A DNA stretch of 64,000 nt from Hypanus sabinus. Lineage: Eukaryota. Both the position numbers and the translations under genes were made by a program. Shown here in pieces: positions 38,441 through 51,300 of the stretch. The stretch lies in contig NC_082730.1 of NCBI RefSeq assembly GCF_030144855.1, positions 15,500,001 to 15,564,000 of the forward strand, written 5' to 3'. The notes beneath the pieces are model-generated. The model was not told the DNA's origin, did no database searches, and worked only from the letters and a program-made list of their open reading frames with translations. Numbering within the stretch: position 1 is the stretch's first letter; every line of letters starts with the position of its first letter.

Positions 38441-39743
38441 GTGAGTTACAGACAGCACTGGACACCTGCATAATCAGTGTTGGATTGGGGGTCGTACAAT
38501 GTTCTCCACATCAGTGCTTGAATGCCTGTAGACACAAAGATGTCGGAAATTGGAGTTCAGATTACACTACTGGGGGAGCTCAATGGGTCAAGCAGCATCT
38601 GTCAGCGAGGGGAAATGTCAATGGTTTAGGTCGAGGCCCTGTATCATGTCTGAGTAGAGAGGGAGAGGGTGTAAATAGGAGAGGTGGAGGTGTGGAACTG
38701 GGTCCTCAAGTTAGTCGGGGTGAGGAACGATGAAGCAAAACAGGTAAATGAAACGGGGTGGGAAAGAGATGGTGTTTCGAGGTGGTTGAGAGGGGGAAGC
38801 AGATAAGAAGAAAAGAGGAATAGTGTTGAGCCAGGTGTGGGGAGAATCTGTCCTGCTGGAGAAATCTCCTGGCATCTGTTATGTGAGAATATCAGGTCTA
38901 CCATTGCTGGAATCTGATCTCACTCTGCAGGGATCTCAATGACATTTGACATTATTGTCTTGAAATCCGAGTTCTTCGTGGGTCAATTCAGTGGTGCAGT
39001 TAGCAGAGAACATTACCAGATCTGGAGTCAAAGTAAACCAGGGTGGTAGGGATAAGAGATTCCTCTCCCTAAAAGCCTTTCCAATCCAGATGCGATTTTG
39101 ACAATCTGGCAGTTCATCATTGTCATTATTGATACTTTATTTTTAAATTCCAGAAATAATAAATGGCATTTCAGCACTCAAAGTATTGCAACAGTTATTG
39201 AAATCACACCTGGTATTCTAGACAATGAAGTACCAATGATCACTGTTGCACCACCTGCTAACTACACATAAAAATACTTGATAGGTACAAAATATAAAAT
39301 TTCCATCAGAACCAGAGAGCACAGTTTCAGACATCATGAGGGGTTTCTTTCTGCAGTTCATAAACTTGTCTGAACACACACACAAAATTGGGAGCATTTT
39401 AGATGAAATCGCTGGGACTTCTGTGGGCATTTCAAAGGCCGAAATAATCTGACATAATTGAAAGGTCAACACTGCGGCTCTCCCTCAGTACTGCAGTGGA
39501 AGGTCAGCCCTGGGTTTCTGCTCAGGACTCTGGAGTGGGAAGTGAACCCACAATGTACTGACACAGGGGAGAGAGCACTGACACAGTAACAGCACTGACT
39601 GCACTACACACCAAAATCCCTGGCTGTGGTGTCATGGACCGCATACTGTACGTGACCTGCATGTGTTTTCACCGTCATGTTCAAAAATATTTGTTTGCAT
39701 TAAGTTGTTCCTTTCTCCTCAAATATGAAAATGCCTCCCTCAG

Positions 39744-40064
39744 TTTCAGGTGCATTGTGGGCAGTGAAATATATCGGAGGATATGTGGGAAGAGCGATCA
39801 CAATCGATTGTCACTATGAAGCACAGTACCGCTCAGACACAAAGTATTGGTGCCATGGATGGACTCTGCAATGTTCAGTTTTAGTGAAAACAAAAGGGCA
39901 ACACGGACGGAGGGGACGAGTGTCAATCACAGATAACCCAGAACGGGGAATATTTACTGTTACTATGGAGGATCTTCACTCTGGAGATGCAGGATGGTAC
40001 AGCTGTGGAATTTCAACACCAGGTTTTGATCCATTGTTTAACGTACAACTGAAAGTATCTGATG
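39744..40064 (+). CDS. Ig V-type exon (V(A)), CD300/pIgR/MDIR-like
   Basis: ccctcag acceptor, G|gtaggt donor, 321 nt: SGALWAVKYIGGYVGRAITIDCHY..KYWCHGWTLQC..GRVSITDNPERGIFTVTMEDL..DAGWYSCG..VQLKVSD. Confidence 0.92.
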
Positions 40065-40261
40065 GTAGGTTTCTGAGTGATTGACTTTGTCCCTTCCATA
40101 AAGTAAGTGTCCAGACTCTGTCCATCCCTCACTATCTCTGCATTCATATCAGTGTCAAATGTTTTCCTCTATACGGCAGGTCACTGAACCTAGTTACAGT
40201 TTCATTCTCTCCTGAAAGCCACCAAACATGTGACAGATACCTCACTAGCTGCTGCCTTTAA

Positions 40262-41475
40262 ACCTCCTGTACATAATAGAGTGGCCACTGAGTGTATGTT
40301 CATGGTCTTTTGCTTCTGTGTCCCATCCACTTCGAGGTTTCACCTGTTGAACTTTCAGATGCTCTTCAGCACACCGCTGTCGTAACGTGTGGTGATTTGA
40401 ATTCCTCTCACCTTTCGGTCAGCACGACCCCGTCTGGCCATTCTCCTTTGACCTCGTCGTGGTTACTTGAAATGACCTGGAGACACAGACAATTCTTGAA
40501 GAAAATTAAACCTTTATTTGCAAACAAAGGCTGAGGCAATCAATGAACTTGTCACCGAAAGCCCACCGAGCTCCGGTGTACAGCATTCTTTATAGTAATT
40601 TCTTATCTCAGTTACATTTCGGTTTCATCGTCATACCCAATCAAGTTTTAATTGCATATCATTTATATATGAATTAATTAATCGCTTTTGCCTAGCCCGG
40701 TGCGCCACCATTATATTTCACCCATTCGCATTGGGACCTTATTCGTGGCCAAGATTATGTTTTTCAGACAACCTCCCTCACATTACATTCCTGCTCGCAG
40801 CATCCTGTCCGCCACCGTTATCTTGTACTAAACAAAGGTTGAGTGTAATACATGGGATACATCTCAGCTAATAGTGCTGCTAAACAAACAGGTGTTCTGT
40901 AAGTGCCATAATATGCAGCTAAAAGAGTACAAAGTATCTAGTGAAAACAAGACATAACAAAATGTGTCTAGAAAATAGTACATATTAATATTCGGTACCT
41001 AGAAGTAATGACATAGTATAGTAAATAGCTAATACATAGTGATTATATTTCAGGTATATATATAGTGGTTATGTTTCAGGTATATAGTGGTTATGAGTGG
41101 TTATGTCACGTATATTTCTCAATAACCTCTCTCAGTAACGAGGCACTTTTGTTCACAGAATTGCTGCTCTCTGGATGTTGTTTCATGTTGTTCGTACCAT
41201 TCTCAGTAAACTCTAGAGACAGTTGTGTGTGTGAATCCCAGGACGTTAGTAGTTCCTTAGATATTTAAACTACCCCATCTGGCACCAACAATAATCTCAA
41301 GATCAAAGGCTCTTAGATCACATTACTTCCACATTCTGATATTTGGCCTGAACTTTGACCGAAACTGTTGAATATTTCTGCAAGCTTTAACAGGCTGAGT
41401 TGCTGATGGTCTGATTGATTAATTAGATATTTGCATTAATGATCAGGTTAAAATTTGTACCTAATAAAGTAGCAG
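40262..41475 (-). mobile_element. Tc1-derived non-autonomous element interrupted by a solo LTR
   Basis: gtggccactgagtg terminus and body like the 27520 and 28672 copies, split at 40455/41124; paralogous end survives at about 14120-14170. Confidence 0.75.
40455..41124 (-). mobile_element. Solo LTR (670 bp, ERV/Gypsy-like)
   Basis: 4-bp TSD ACCT at 40451-40454 and 41125-41128; termini one transition each from TG...CA; AATAAA on the minus strand about 60 nt from its 3' end. Confidence 0.65.
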
Positions 41476-41534
41476 AAGAGTCTATGATTTTCAAAAGTTC
41501 ATTCAGTGTCTGAATGTTTAATTCTTTCCCATAG

Positions 41535-41855
41535 AACTCATGTCTGCTCCTGTGGTTCGATATCTGTCACCAGCAAATGTCTCACGTCTCGGGGGCTCAG
41601 TGTCACTTTCCTGTGAGTCCTTCCAGGGATCCCTTCCCATTCAGTACAGGTGGTATGAACAAACCTCATCTGGGTATCCAACGATCTCAGATACCAATGA
41701 ACTGACTCTACATTGTCAATCCTTCAACCACACACACCATCAATATTACTGCAGTGCCTCAAATCGGTTTGGAGCAAGATCCAGTGCAATGTTTAATGTG
41801 ACAGTCTTCAACAATGGAAAGATCTGCAGTTACGTGACAGAAATCAATGACACTA
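41535..41855 (+). CDS. Ig C2/I-type exon (C2(A) copy 2)
   Basis: tcccatag acceptor, A|gtaagt donor, 321 nt, phase 1-1, open: ELMSAPVVRY..SLSCESFQGSLPIQYRWYE..LTLHCQS..QYYCSASN..KICSYVTEINDT. Confidence 0.9.
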
Positions 41856-44800
41856 GTAAGTCCTAGTTTCAAGGAAATATACTTTTAAATATTTATTTTT
41901 GTTACTCTGTTACTGCTGCTCTTATACTTCTAGTGAGGGTAAGGTATTTCTTTGCATTTGTATAAGCTACACATTGCAGCCACCATGGGGTAGAACTAAA
42001 GTGCAGAGAACAGTTAAGTCTGTCACTTGCTCCTGGAAGATGTGGTGCATCTCAAACATAGTTGGACTTGTACATCTGGACAAATTGAGAACATTCCATT
42101 AACTATTCTGGCTTTACTTTGAAAAGTAGGTATTGACTTCTGATTTTCATAAAAGCAGAAGGAAGGACTTACAATATTGCAAATATTAGTGGGAATGACA
42201 GAAATTTAGCAATATCAGGGGCAGGGATGAGTGTTGTTGCTATTACTAAGCAGAATGTTCTTGGGAAGCTGAGGGCTCTGAAGGTAGATGAGTCATTTGA
42301 ACCAGATGGACTACACCCCAAGTTTCTGAAATAGTTATATAAAGAAATTGTGGAGGCATTAGTGGTGACCTTTCAAGAATAACTAGACTCTGGAATGTTC
42401 AAAGGATTGGAAAATTGGAAATATCAACACCACTCTTTAAGAAGGGAGGGAGGCAAAAGGAAAGATATAGTTGACCAGTTAGAATGACTTCAGTGGTTGG
42501 GAAGATGTGGGAGTCTATTATCAAGAACAGGAATTTGGGGTGCTTGGATGTATATGATCAAATATGTTTTCTTTATGAGGAAATCATGCCTGAAAATCAG
42601 CCTCAAACTGAAAGGACACCGCTTTATTTTATTTCTTTCCCAATAGAGTACAGAGTAGGTCCTACCAGCCATTTGGGCCACAACACTGAAGGAACTCTCG
42701 ACAATCCCAATTAACTGTAACCTAATCACAGGGCAATCTGCAAGGGCTAATTCTCCTAATGAATCTGTCTTTGGACTGTGAGAGAAAACAGGACCACTTG
42801 CGGAGACCACATACATTCCACATGGAGGATGTACAGACTCCGTACATTTAGAACAGAGATGAGGAGGAATTTCTGTAGCCAGAGTGTGTTGAATCTGTGG
42901 AATTCAGTGCCATACATGGCTTTTGAGGCCAAGACATTGGGTATATTTGAAGCATACTTAATAGTTTCTTAATTAGAAAAGACTTCAAAGACTACAGGTA
43001 GAAATCCCGGGAATGGAATTCAGTGGGATAATAAATCAGCCTTGATAGAATAGTGGAGCAAACTATTTGGGCCAAATGGCCTAATTGTCTTCCTATGTCT
43101 TATGGTCTCATTGCCTTTGGTCATCTCTAGCTTTTGAATATCTGAGCAGTCCAGGTAAGTTATTAACTGCTAAAAGTTACTTTTTGGTTGTTGAATAAAA
43201 ATCGTCACTCACTTTGAGACATGAGAAGGAAATCCATTCTTTCTATGAAAAAGGCTGCTGCATTTCATGATTACAAAAAGGATAATAAACCTTCAATTCC
43301 CTTTTAAACACTAAAGGAATGTCATTACAAGGCAAGGGATGGGCTGGTGTTCAGCTTGCTGCACAGCAAGGTTTACGTGTCTTTACGTTGAACTGAGGCC
43401 TTGGTTGGCAATTAACGGGCTCATGAATCGACTACAGTGATGACTGGCTTCTTGGCTGTGGCCTCGGTTTTGTGAATTTCAGTTCCAAATTTTATTTGCT
43501 TACTTTGATTTGCTCTTTTTTTGTATAGTGGGTCTTCTATTTATTTTAATGCTTGTTGGAAGGAGGTGAATCTCAAGGTTATATATGGTATTCATTCTTT
43601 GATATTAAATGTACTTTGAACTTTGAATTTTGAGATTGAAGCGCAATCTGATTGGCTGTGATTCCATAAGCTGTCACATCTATGCAATGAAATAGAATTT
43701 TGAATTTAACCTTTCAAAAGTGTGTTCCAGCTTGGGGAGGATGCTGCAGAGTCAGAGAGTTACAGGGTATGGGTACAGGAGCTTCACCCCTAATTGTCCA
43801 TGCTGACCTCAGTGTCTTCCTGAGCTTCGCGCATTTCCTCACAATTTGCCTCCATCCTTCTAAAACTTCCCTGTACATGAATTTGTCCAACTCTATTTTA
43901 AATAGGTTATTTGTACCCATATCTAGCACTTCCCTTGGCAGCCTCATCTACGCACACACTGATCTGTGTGGAAAACACTGCCGCTCCAGGCTATCTAAGG
44001 ATTTCCCCTCACTCCTTGAACCGTGAGTCTCTAGTTTTCGACTCCCCTACCCTGGAATAAAGACAGTGATTATCCACCATACCTTTGCCAACAAAATTAA
44101 ATAACACTATAGAATCCTTGTAAAACCACACACAACAAAGACTGACAAAAAAACAAAGTGCGAAAGATGGCAAATCTTGCAAGTAATAAAAATATGTAAA
44201 CAAATAATACATAGAACATCAGAAGCAAAGTCCCTGAAAGTGCGTTCACAGCTGCAGAGTCAGTTCAGAGCTGTGATGAGTTGAAAACTGATCCCAGACC
44301 CTGATTGCTATAGGACAACAACTGTTGAGGAACCCAGTAGTGTGGGACCAAAGACTTCGGCACCTTCCACCTGATGGTAGTACCGAGAAGAGAGGGAGAC
44401 GGGTCAAATGCAAGCAGACAGGACAGGCTCAGGTGGGGGGAGCTTGCTGGCACTGAGTAATGGGGCTGAACACCGGCTCATTTTCATGTAAACTTAAACA
44501 ACTCTTTCTACTGTCCACCACACTGCAGTGTCACCCATAACTTATTAATCACGCTACCTACATTTTCATTCCAAATTATTAATATTGAAGACAAATAAGA
44601 GTGGTTAACGAATAACAGCACTGATCCTGATGGCACACCACTGGTGATAAAGTCTGACGTTGTCAGAAAACCAACACTCCACAACCACAATCTGACTCCT
44701 TCCACCAAGCCTATTCAGTATCCATCCAGATAGCCTACTATATGTTCCCACATTGCAAATCAGTCTACTGTACACGGTACGGTCATAAGCCTTGCTAAAC

Positions 44801-45422
44801 AAAACTGCTAAACTAAGGTCCTGTCCTCATTAGTCCCTTTGAACATCTCTCAAAAAAAAATTCAGTCAAATATTTTTGGGAGAGGATTTCCCATGCTCAA
44901 GATCATGTTGACTATCCCGAATCAGATCTTGCCTTTGCAAACTCAGATAGTTTCTGTCTCACGCAATTGCCTCCAAAAAGTTACCCCCACTGCTCACTTG
45001 CCTGGAATGGGACTGGATCAGTAACCTATTGAACTAAAAGTGTGGAAACACTCTGAGACATTATTGGGCAGTGATAATGATGACTCCAATCAAATAAAAA
45101 TCATTACTTGTGAAGAGTTGTGAGCACGTGATGAGTGACGTTGCTGTTGTCTTCTCAGTCCATGTGGAATTCAATTATACCAATTGATAGTGTGGCAGAT
45201 TCCTTAGAACACAGTATTAGTTTTAAATAAGACATCTTTATTTATTAAAATTGCATTCATTATCTTTTGTGCTTCTTGTGCTGCATTTAGGTCCAGCATA
45301 AAAATGAATTTATTCTAGTCTACACGTTCATACAGGAAATGACATTAAACAATCTTGAAACTTGAGTCTGTTTGTGTACATTTGATTCTACCTGTCCATT
45401 TTCTAAAGATTTTCTCTCTCAG

Positions 45423-45743
45423 TTTCAGGTGCTTTATGGACAGAAGATAAAGTAAGAGGAGTTGTGGGAAGTACGATCACAATCGATTGTCACTATGCGC
45501 CATTGTACCGTTCACACAAAAAGTATTTGTGCCGTATGGGGGATCGTCAGTGCACATTGTTAGTGAATACAAATGGCACAAATAAGCAGAATGGAAGAAT
45601 GAGAATCAGAGATAACACATCCCAGGGAATATTTACTGTTACTATGGAGAATCTTGTCTCTAATGATACAGGACATTACAGATGTGGAATTTCAACATCT
45701 GGCCAGCATCCAGTGTTTGATGTGCATCTCCAAGTATCTGCCG
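45423..45743 (+). CDS. Ig V-type exon (V(B) copy 3)
   Basis: ctctctcag acceptor, G|gtaggt donor, 321 nt, open frame, four Cys. Confidence 0.9.
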
Positions 45744-46049
45744 GTAGGTTTCTCATTGATTGAGTTGAAATGTCTGATTCAGGCTTCCTCTGGGAAGAGT
45801 CAGGGCAGCAGGAATACCCTGAGGCTCCACAGCAGTGCAGAGCCCTGCAGTGAGTGCGCACAGATGGGGATACCTCCCTCATAATTCTCTCATCCACTGT
45901 GAGTTCTGAACCACTGTTGGGATACTGATTTCCAGTGGAAGGCTCAGTATATTTTCCTGCTTCGGAACTCCATGAAATGTCCCCCAGTTAAAGGAGGGGG
46001 TGTTTGCTATCCTGAGGCAAATTAGTGCGAATATATCTGGGAGGCCTGC

Positions 46050-47130
46050 CTGTTATCTTGGACCTAACTGGAGGCAAGTGCAGAAATTACCTGGGCCCTG
46101 GCAGACATATTTAATATATGCTTAGCGACAATGATGCTTAGCGCAGAGATTGGCACCTTTTCTGTTGTTGTTTGCATCTGTATTAGTGATCTGGATGATA
46201 ATGTGGTAAACTGGATCAGCAAATTTCCAGATGATACCAAGATTGTGTGTGTATTGCACAGTGAGGAAGGCAATCATGGCTTGCAGAGAGATCTACAATA
46301 GATGAAAATAGGCTGAAAAATGACAGATGGTATTTAATGCAGACAAGAGTGAAGTTTTGCACTTTGGTAGGACCAACCAGGGTAGGTCTTATACAGTGAA
46401 TGGTAGGGCACTGAGGAGTGTGGTAGAGCAAAGGGAATACTGGTCAATAATTTGTGTAAGTTAGATACGGTCGTAAAGAAAGCTTTTGGCATATTGACCT
46501 TCATAAATTAATGTATTGAGTACAAGAGATGGGATGTTATGTTGAAGGTGTATAACATGTTGCTGAGGCCGAATTTGGAGTATTGTGTGCACTTTTGGTC
46601 ACCTACCTGCAGGAGAAATGTATACACAGTTGAAAAAGTACAGAGAAACATTTCAAGTATGTTGCCAGGTCTAGAGGACCTTAGCTATAAGGAAAGAGTG
46701 ACTAGGTTATGCCTGTATTACTTAACAACAGAGAAGCTTGAGAGGAGGTCTGATAGAGTGCACAAAATTATGAGGGGTATAGAAAGAGCAAATGGAAGCA
46801 GGCATTTTCCACTGAGGTTGGGTGGGACAACAACCAGAGGTCATGGGTTAAAGGTAAAAGGTGAAAAGTTTAAGGGAAGCATGAGAGGAAACTTCTTCAA
46901 TCTGAGGAATTTAAGAGTGAAGAATGAGCTATCAGCTGTCAGTCATTGGCTATATTTAAAACGAGACTTTATTGTTTCTTGATTAGTAAGGACATCAAAG
47001 GATACAGGGAGAAGGCAGGAGCGCAAATTTAGAAGGGTAATAAATCAGCCATGATAGAATGGTGGAGCAGACTCAATGGATGGAATGGCCTAATTCTGCT
47101 CCTATCTTTCATGGTATTATGGTCTATGAT
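46050..47130 (+). mobile_element. CR1 LINE fragment with internal deletion, to 3' end
   Basis: ORF 46539-46982 LKVYNMLLRPNLEYCVHFWSP..VQRNISSMLPGL..TRGHGLKVKGEKF. Confidence 0.85.
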
Positions 47131-47560
47131 CTCACGTGATTCTTTGTTGACTTCATATCAATATCAGTACTAATGGTTTCCCTTCCTGCTTTAGGTCACC
47201 GAAGCCAAACCACAATTATACTTTCTCCTTAAAGTCACTATTCATTTTGTACATATCTGACAATTTCCTGCTTTCAGATTACGGTGTGTTTTCCAGGACA
47301 CACACAAATGTTGCCATTGCAAAGTCACACTGTTAGGTCTCATTTCAGACTGTCTCCTTGCTGCTGAGAGAGACTGAAGCTCAGATTTTCACACTGACAC
47401 ATACTCAGTGTCATCATCATTGTTCTGATCATGAGTCCTGCTGTTTTCAGCGATACTGACAGACATGGAAGTTCAGGCAGATATGAGGATGCAGAGACAC
47501 AATGGAGTAGATGAGATGTTGAGATACAGATTTTCAGAAGTTCACTGATTTTTCCCATAG

Positions 47561-47898
47561 AATCCTGTTCTATACTCTGTTCTAAGTCTATTCCTTTGCT
47601 TTGATTTTAATACCAAAAAGTGACTCAAGTTGTGGGGACTCCATGTCAGTGTCTTGTGAGTCTGTCCATGGATCCCTTCCCATTCAGTATTCATGGGATG
47701 AAAAGACCCCATATGTGGATTTCAATATCTCTGATACCAATAAATTGGATCTATAGTGTGAATCCTTAAAATATAAAAATCATCTGTATTACTGCAAAGT
47801 TGCAAATGTTAATGGAGAAAATTCCAGTGAAATGATTGGAGTGTCCATCTCCAACAGTGTCAGGATCTGCAGAAATGTGATTGAAGTCAACAGCATGG
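47561..47898 (+). pseudogene. Ig C2/I-type pseudo-exon (C2(B))
   Basis: tcccatag acceptor and G|gtaagt donor flank SMSVSCESVHGSLPIQYSW..LDL*CES..YYCKVAN..RICRNVIEVNSM; in-frame TAG at 47754-47756, TAA at 47583 and a 5' frameshift. Confidence 0.85.
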
Positions 47899-48189
47899 GT
47901 AAGTGGTGCAGGGTTTGATTCTTTATGATGGTCGATGGAGTACAACTGAATGATTGATGTGTACTGGATATTGTGTTGTTGGAACTTCACTCAGGAGCGT
48001 GGAGTGTATGTTGTCACCACCTATCAGAGAATGAAAAGCCTTTCAGCACAGCAGTTCAAACGTGAGTTTCACTCACCACAGGGTCTCCTGCCTCTGATCT
48101 TCTTTCACCGGCTGACTGTGAATGTGTCACATCTGCTAATATTTCTGGCCATTCGTTAAGACAGTCCTTCTAAGATAAACCACTTCAAA

Positions 48190-49640
48190 GTTCAAAGTAA
48201 ATTTATTATCAAAGTATGTATATGTCACCATATTCTACCCCGTGATCCATTTTCTTGCAGGGATTGACAGTAGATAAAAATTAATAAAACAGAATCAATG
48301 AAAAACAACACATAATCAAAGATAGACAAATAACCAATGTGCACAAGAAGAGAAGCCATGAAATACAAAAGAAACAAATTAGTAACAAGTAAATAAATAA
48401 ATAGCATTGAGAACATAAGTTGTAGAGTCCTTGCAAGTGAGTCAATAGTTTGTAGAATCAGTTCAGTGTTGAAGTGAGTGTAGTTATTCACACTGGTTCG
48501 GGAGCCTGATGGTTGAAGGGTAATAGCTGTTTCTGAACCTGGTGGGGTGAAACCTCCTTCTCGATGGCAGCAGCATGAAGAAAGCATGGCCTGGATGGTA
48601 GCAGTCCTTGATGATGGATGCTGTTTTCCTGTGGCAACACTCCTTGTAGACTTTTCATTTTTATTTTTTTCAATCTTTTTATTGATTTTCCAGTAAAAAA
48701 TATACAAATAAGAGGAGAAGTTTAGCAAGCAGATAATACAAAAGATGTATAAACAGCAGTAACGAAAAGTATATATTGTCAAAATCAGATAGGTATAAAG
48801 TTACACTGTTATATATACAATATATTCAGGAAACCACAACTCCTCTTAACAAACTGTAAAAAAAAATTGTAAAATTTTAATTCATTTGAGGATATTGAGG
48901 ATAAAATTAGAAGAAAAAGAAAGAGTGAAAACATCCTTCCAGTCACCTCCGAACCTTCACGGATAAGGATTTTCCCTAAAGAGAGAATAAAGAGAAATAA
49001 ATAAATAGATAGATAGATAGATAGATAGATAGATCATATTAAAATATTGAATAAAGGGTCGCCGGACTTGCTCAAAATTAAAAGGTGTATCATACATATC
49101 AAATGAAATATTCCCTGAAGGATGGATGGATTTCATGTTGAAAGGCAGCAGGGTCAAGAATGGGGACAATTCTAAAAGAATATTGAGCATCCTTTCATTC
49201 TTGTACTTGTGTCTATTACTCTATGCACTTCGAACAAATGTTTTAAAAATGAAAAGGTTTTTTCAAATATTTTAGTCTCCCTGGAGAAGTAGAAAGTTTA
49301 CCACCAGCAAGAGAATCTGAGAAATTCTATACATAGAATATTATTGACAGGATTTTATGACAGCTTCTCGGAATGGCCGAGGTTTCTATCAATAGTGCAG
49401 ATGCAGAAAGCCAGACCTGGGTAAGAGGAAGGGAATGAGTGGAAAACATAAAAGTGGTGTATGTACTGATGGACATGTTGCATATGAATCTCATCTTTAA
49501 TCACTTGGTAACAGATTGGGTAACAGATCACCTTTGGTCCAACATGCTCAAGTACCCATTGGTCTAAAAAATGTGCTCTCTGGTTCTTGCAAGTACAAAA
49601 CAAACAAAATTGAATTTTATTTTGTTTTAACAGGGTCAAA
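48190..49640 (-). mobile_element. Rex-Babar 3' end (about 48190-48650) adjoining an L1/Tx1-like 3' fragment (about 48650-49640)
   Basis: ttcaaagttcaaagtaaatttattatc tail; L1-like terminal FEQVRRPFIQYF; family assignment from motifs only. Confidence 0.55.
49005..49032. repeat. (ATAG)7 microsatellite
   Basis: Direct read. Confidence 0.95.
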
Positions 49641-50383
49641 GCATGTCCATGTAAATACTAAGACTGGATCGATAACAACTGCACAAAAGTAAGAAACTAC
49701 TTCACCTCAAATGTAAAATATAACGTTCTCACTCCAGGTGGTTTCACAGCTACTGTTTCCAAATAGAACCAGATGGGTGAGAAATTTGTTTCTCTTTAGC
49801 TGGTTTTCCACTCGATTGAGATGATTAACTTCAATGAAATGATATATTAAATGATGTATTGGAAACAGATTATTCCTGATTATATTGTACATGCATCAAG
49901 CCTGAGAACAAAGATAATTTGCTTACCTTAAACATTCAATAATAATACTCCTGTTCTGAATCATAAAGTAATTGTTATATATTAGAACAACAGCCCCTCG
50001 GCCTGATTCATCCGAGCCAACCAAGAGGGCAGGTAGTTATGAAACAAAGAAAATCATAAAAAAGAAGAGGTATGGCTACATGATCAGCAATGCTGTCTGT
50101 CAGAGAAGAAACCACCAATCAATCATGTGTGTAATACCTCCAACAAAGTGTTTGTAAAGGAACCAGGTAGTATTCCTAAATGGCCTGGACAGTAGATACT
50201 CTTTACGATCATTGGTCATGATCACATTTCTGCTTGTTGGACACTGTCAACAGAGTCTAAAATTCATTTTCTGAGATGCAGACATCCTGAGCTCATGAAA
50301 AATGCTGTGTAAATGTCAGACTTTACAAATGGTCAAGAATAAGTGATGAACCAGGACTGACCTTTTCCTATTCTTTACCACAG

Positions 50384-50475
50384 ACCCACTTACATAATTG
50401 TGCTCACTGTCACTGGGATTCTGCTCATACTACTTGTCATTTGTCTACTTTGTTACCTGAGGAGAAAAAACAGGG
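50384..50475 (+). CDS. Transmembrane exon (uncharged TM, inhibitory-type); 92 nt, apparently 1 nt short
   Basis: tttaccacag acceptor, G|gtaggt donor; PTYIIVLTVTGILLILLVICLLCYL-RRKNR with basic stop-transfer; a phase-1 entry reads DPLT* unless one C is restored in acccact. Confidence 0.85.
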
Positions 50476-51000
50476 GTAGGTTTCTTTTTTCCTTTAATTG
50501 TTTCATTATGAATATGATAGCTAGCTGCTGAATCTTAAGGAACTTGATTTGGTTGCAGTCAACAAAAAGCCAGGATTAGAATGCCAATGTGTTGGTTTAC
50601 AACACATGAATGAATGGTGTTGTTTCCACTGTAACCTGGTGACTCCATTGTTCCCGAAACATCAGACGATGGAATCTCACCTCAGGTGTGGAATGGCAGA
50701 GAACCAAGAGGCTGGGTAGAAGAAAGATTTAGATGGTCTCACCTGTTGTACTCAGTTTTGGGGAATTAGCTGTTGTATTTGAAAGTGTATTCAATAAGAT
50801 CTTCCTCAGTTCACCCTCCAATTAAAAGCAATCATTTGGGCAATGTATGTGTAAAATCATTCTCTCAAGTAATTCTCAAAATAAAAGATCAGATGCATCT
50901 TCTATCTTTCTATCACTCACTGGAGAACATTCCCCGCTCTTATTGGATAAAGTTACTGTAGATTAAGTCATGGGTCTGCTTTATTGAGATGATCCTGAGA

Positions 51001-51300
51001 TGGGCACCACCACAGAGTAGAGATTAGCTCGATGCTATTACTTCTGGGGGCGTTTTGGACTTTGGAGTTCAATTCTGGCACCGTTCTTAAGGAGTCTTTA
51101 TGTCCTCACCATTCAATGCATGGGTTTTCCCGGGGTGCTCCATATTCATCCCACAATCCAAAGACATACCAGGTCTGTTATTTGGTCATTGTAAATTGTC
51201 CCATGATTAGGTTAAGGTTAATCAGGTTTGTTGGGGTTGTTGGGTCAGCATGGCTCAAAGGGCCAAAGGGGCTTACTCTGTGATGTATAAATAAATAAAT
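51001..51300 (+). mobile_element. HE1/V-SINE-like tRNA-derived SINE (decayed)
   Basis: Decayed A/B-box head, gggttttcccggggtgctcc..ccacaatccaaagac core, CR1-like tail plus (TAAA)n. Confidence 0.65.

Noticed and set aside
4190-45790. V exons as rearranging Ig/TCR variable segments
   Set aside because: Each V exon encodes a complete domain including the G strand and ends at a GT donor; I see no CACAGTG heptamer or nonamer beside them
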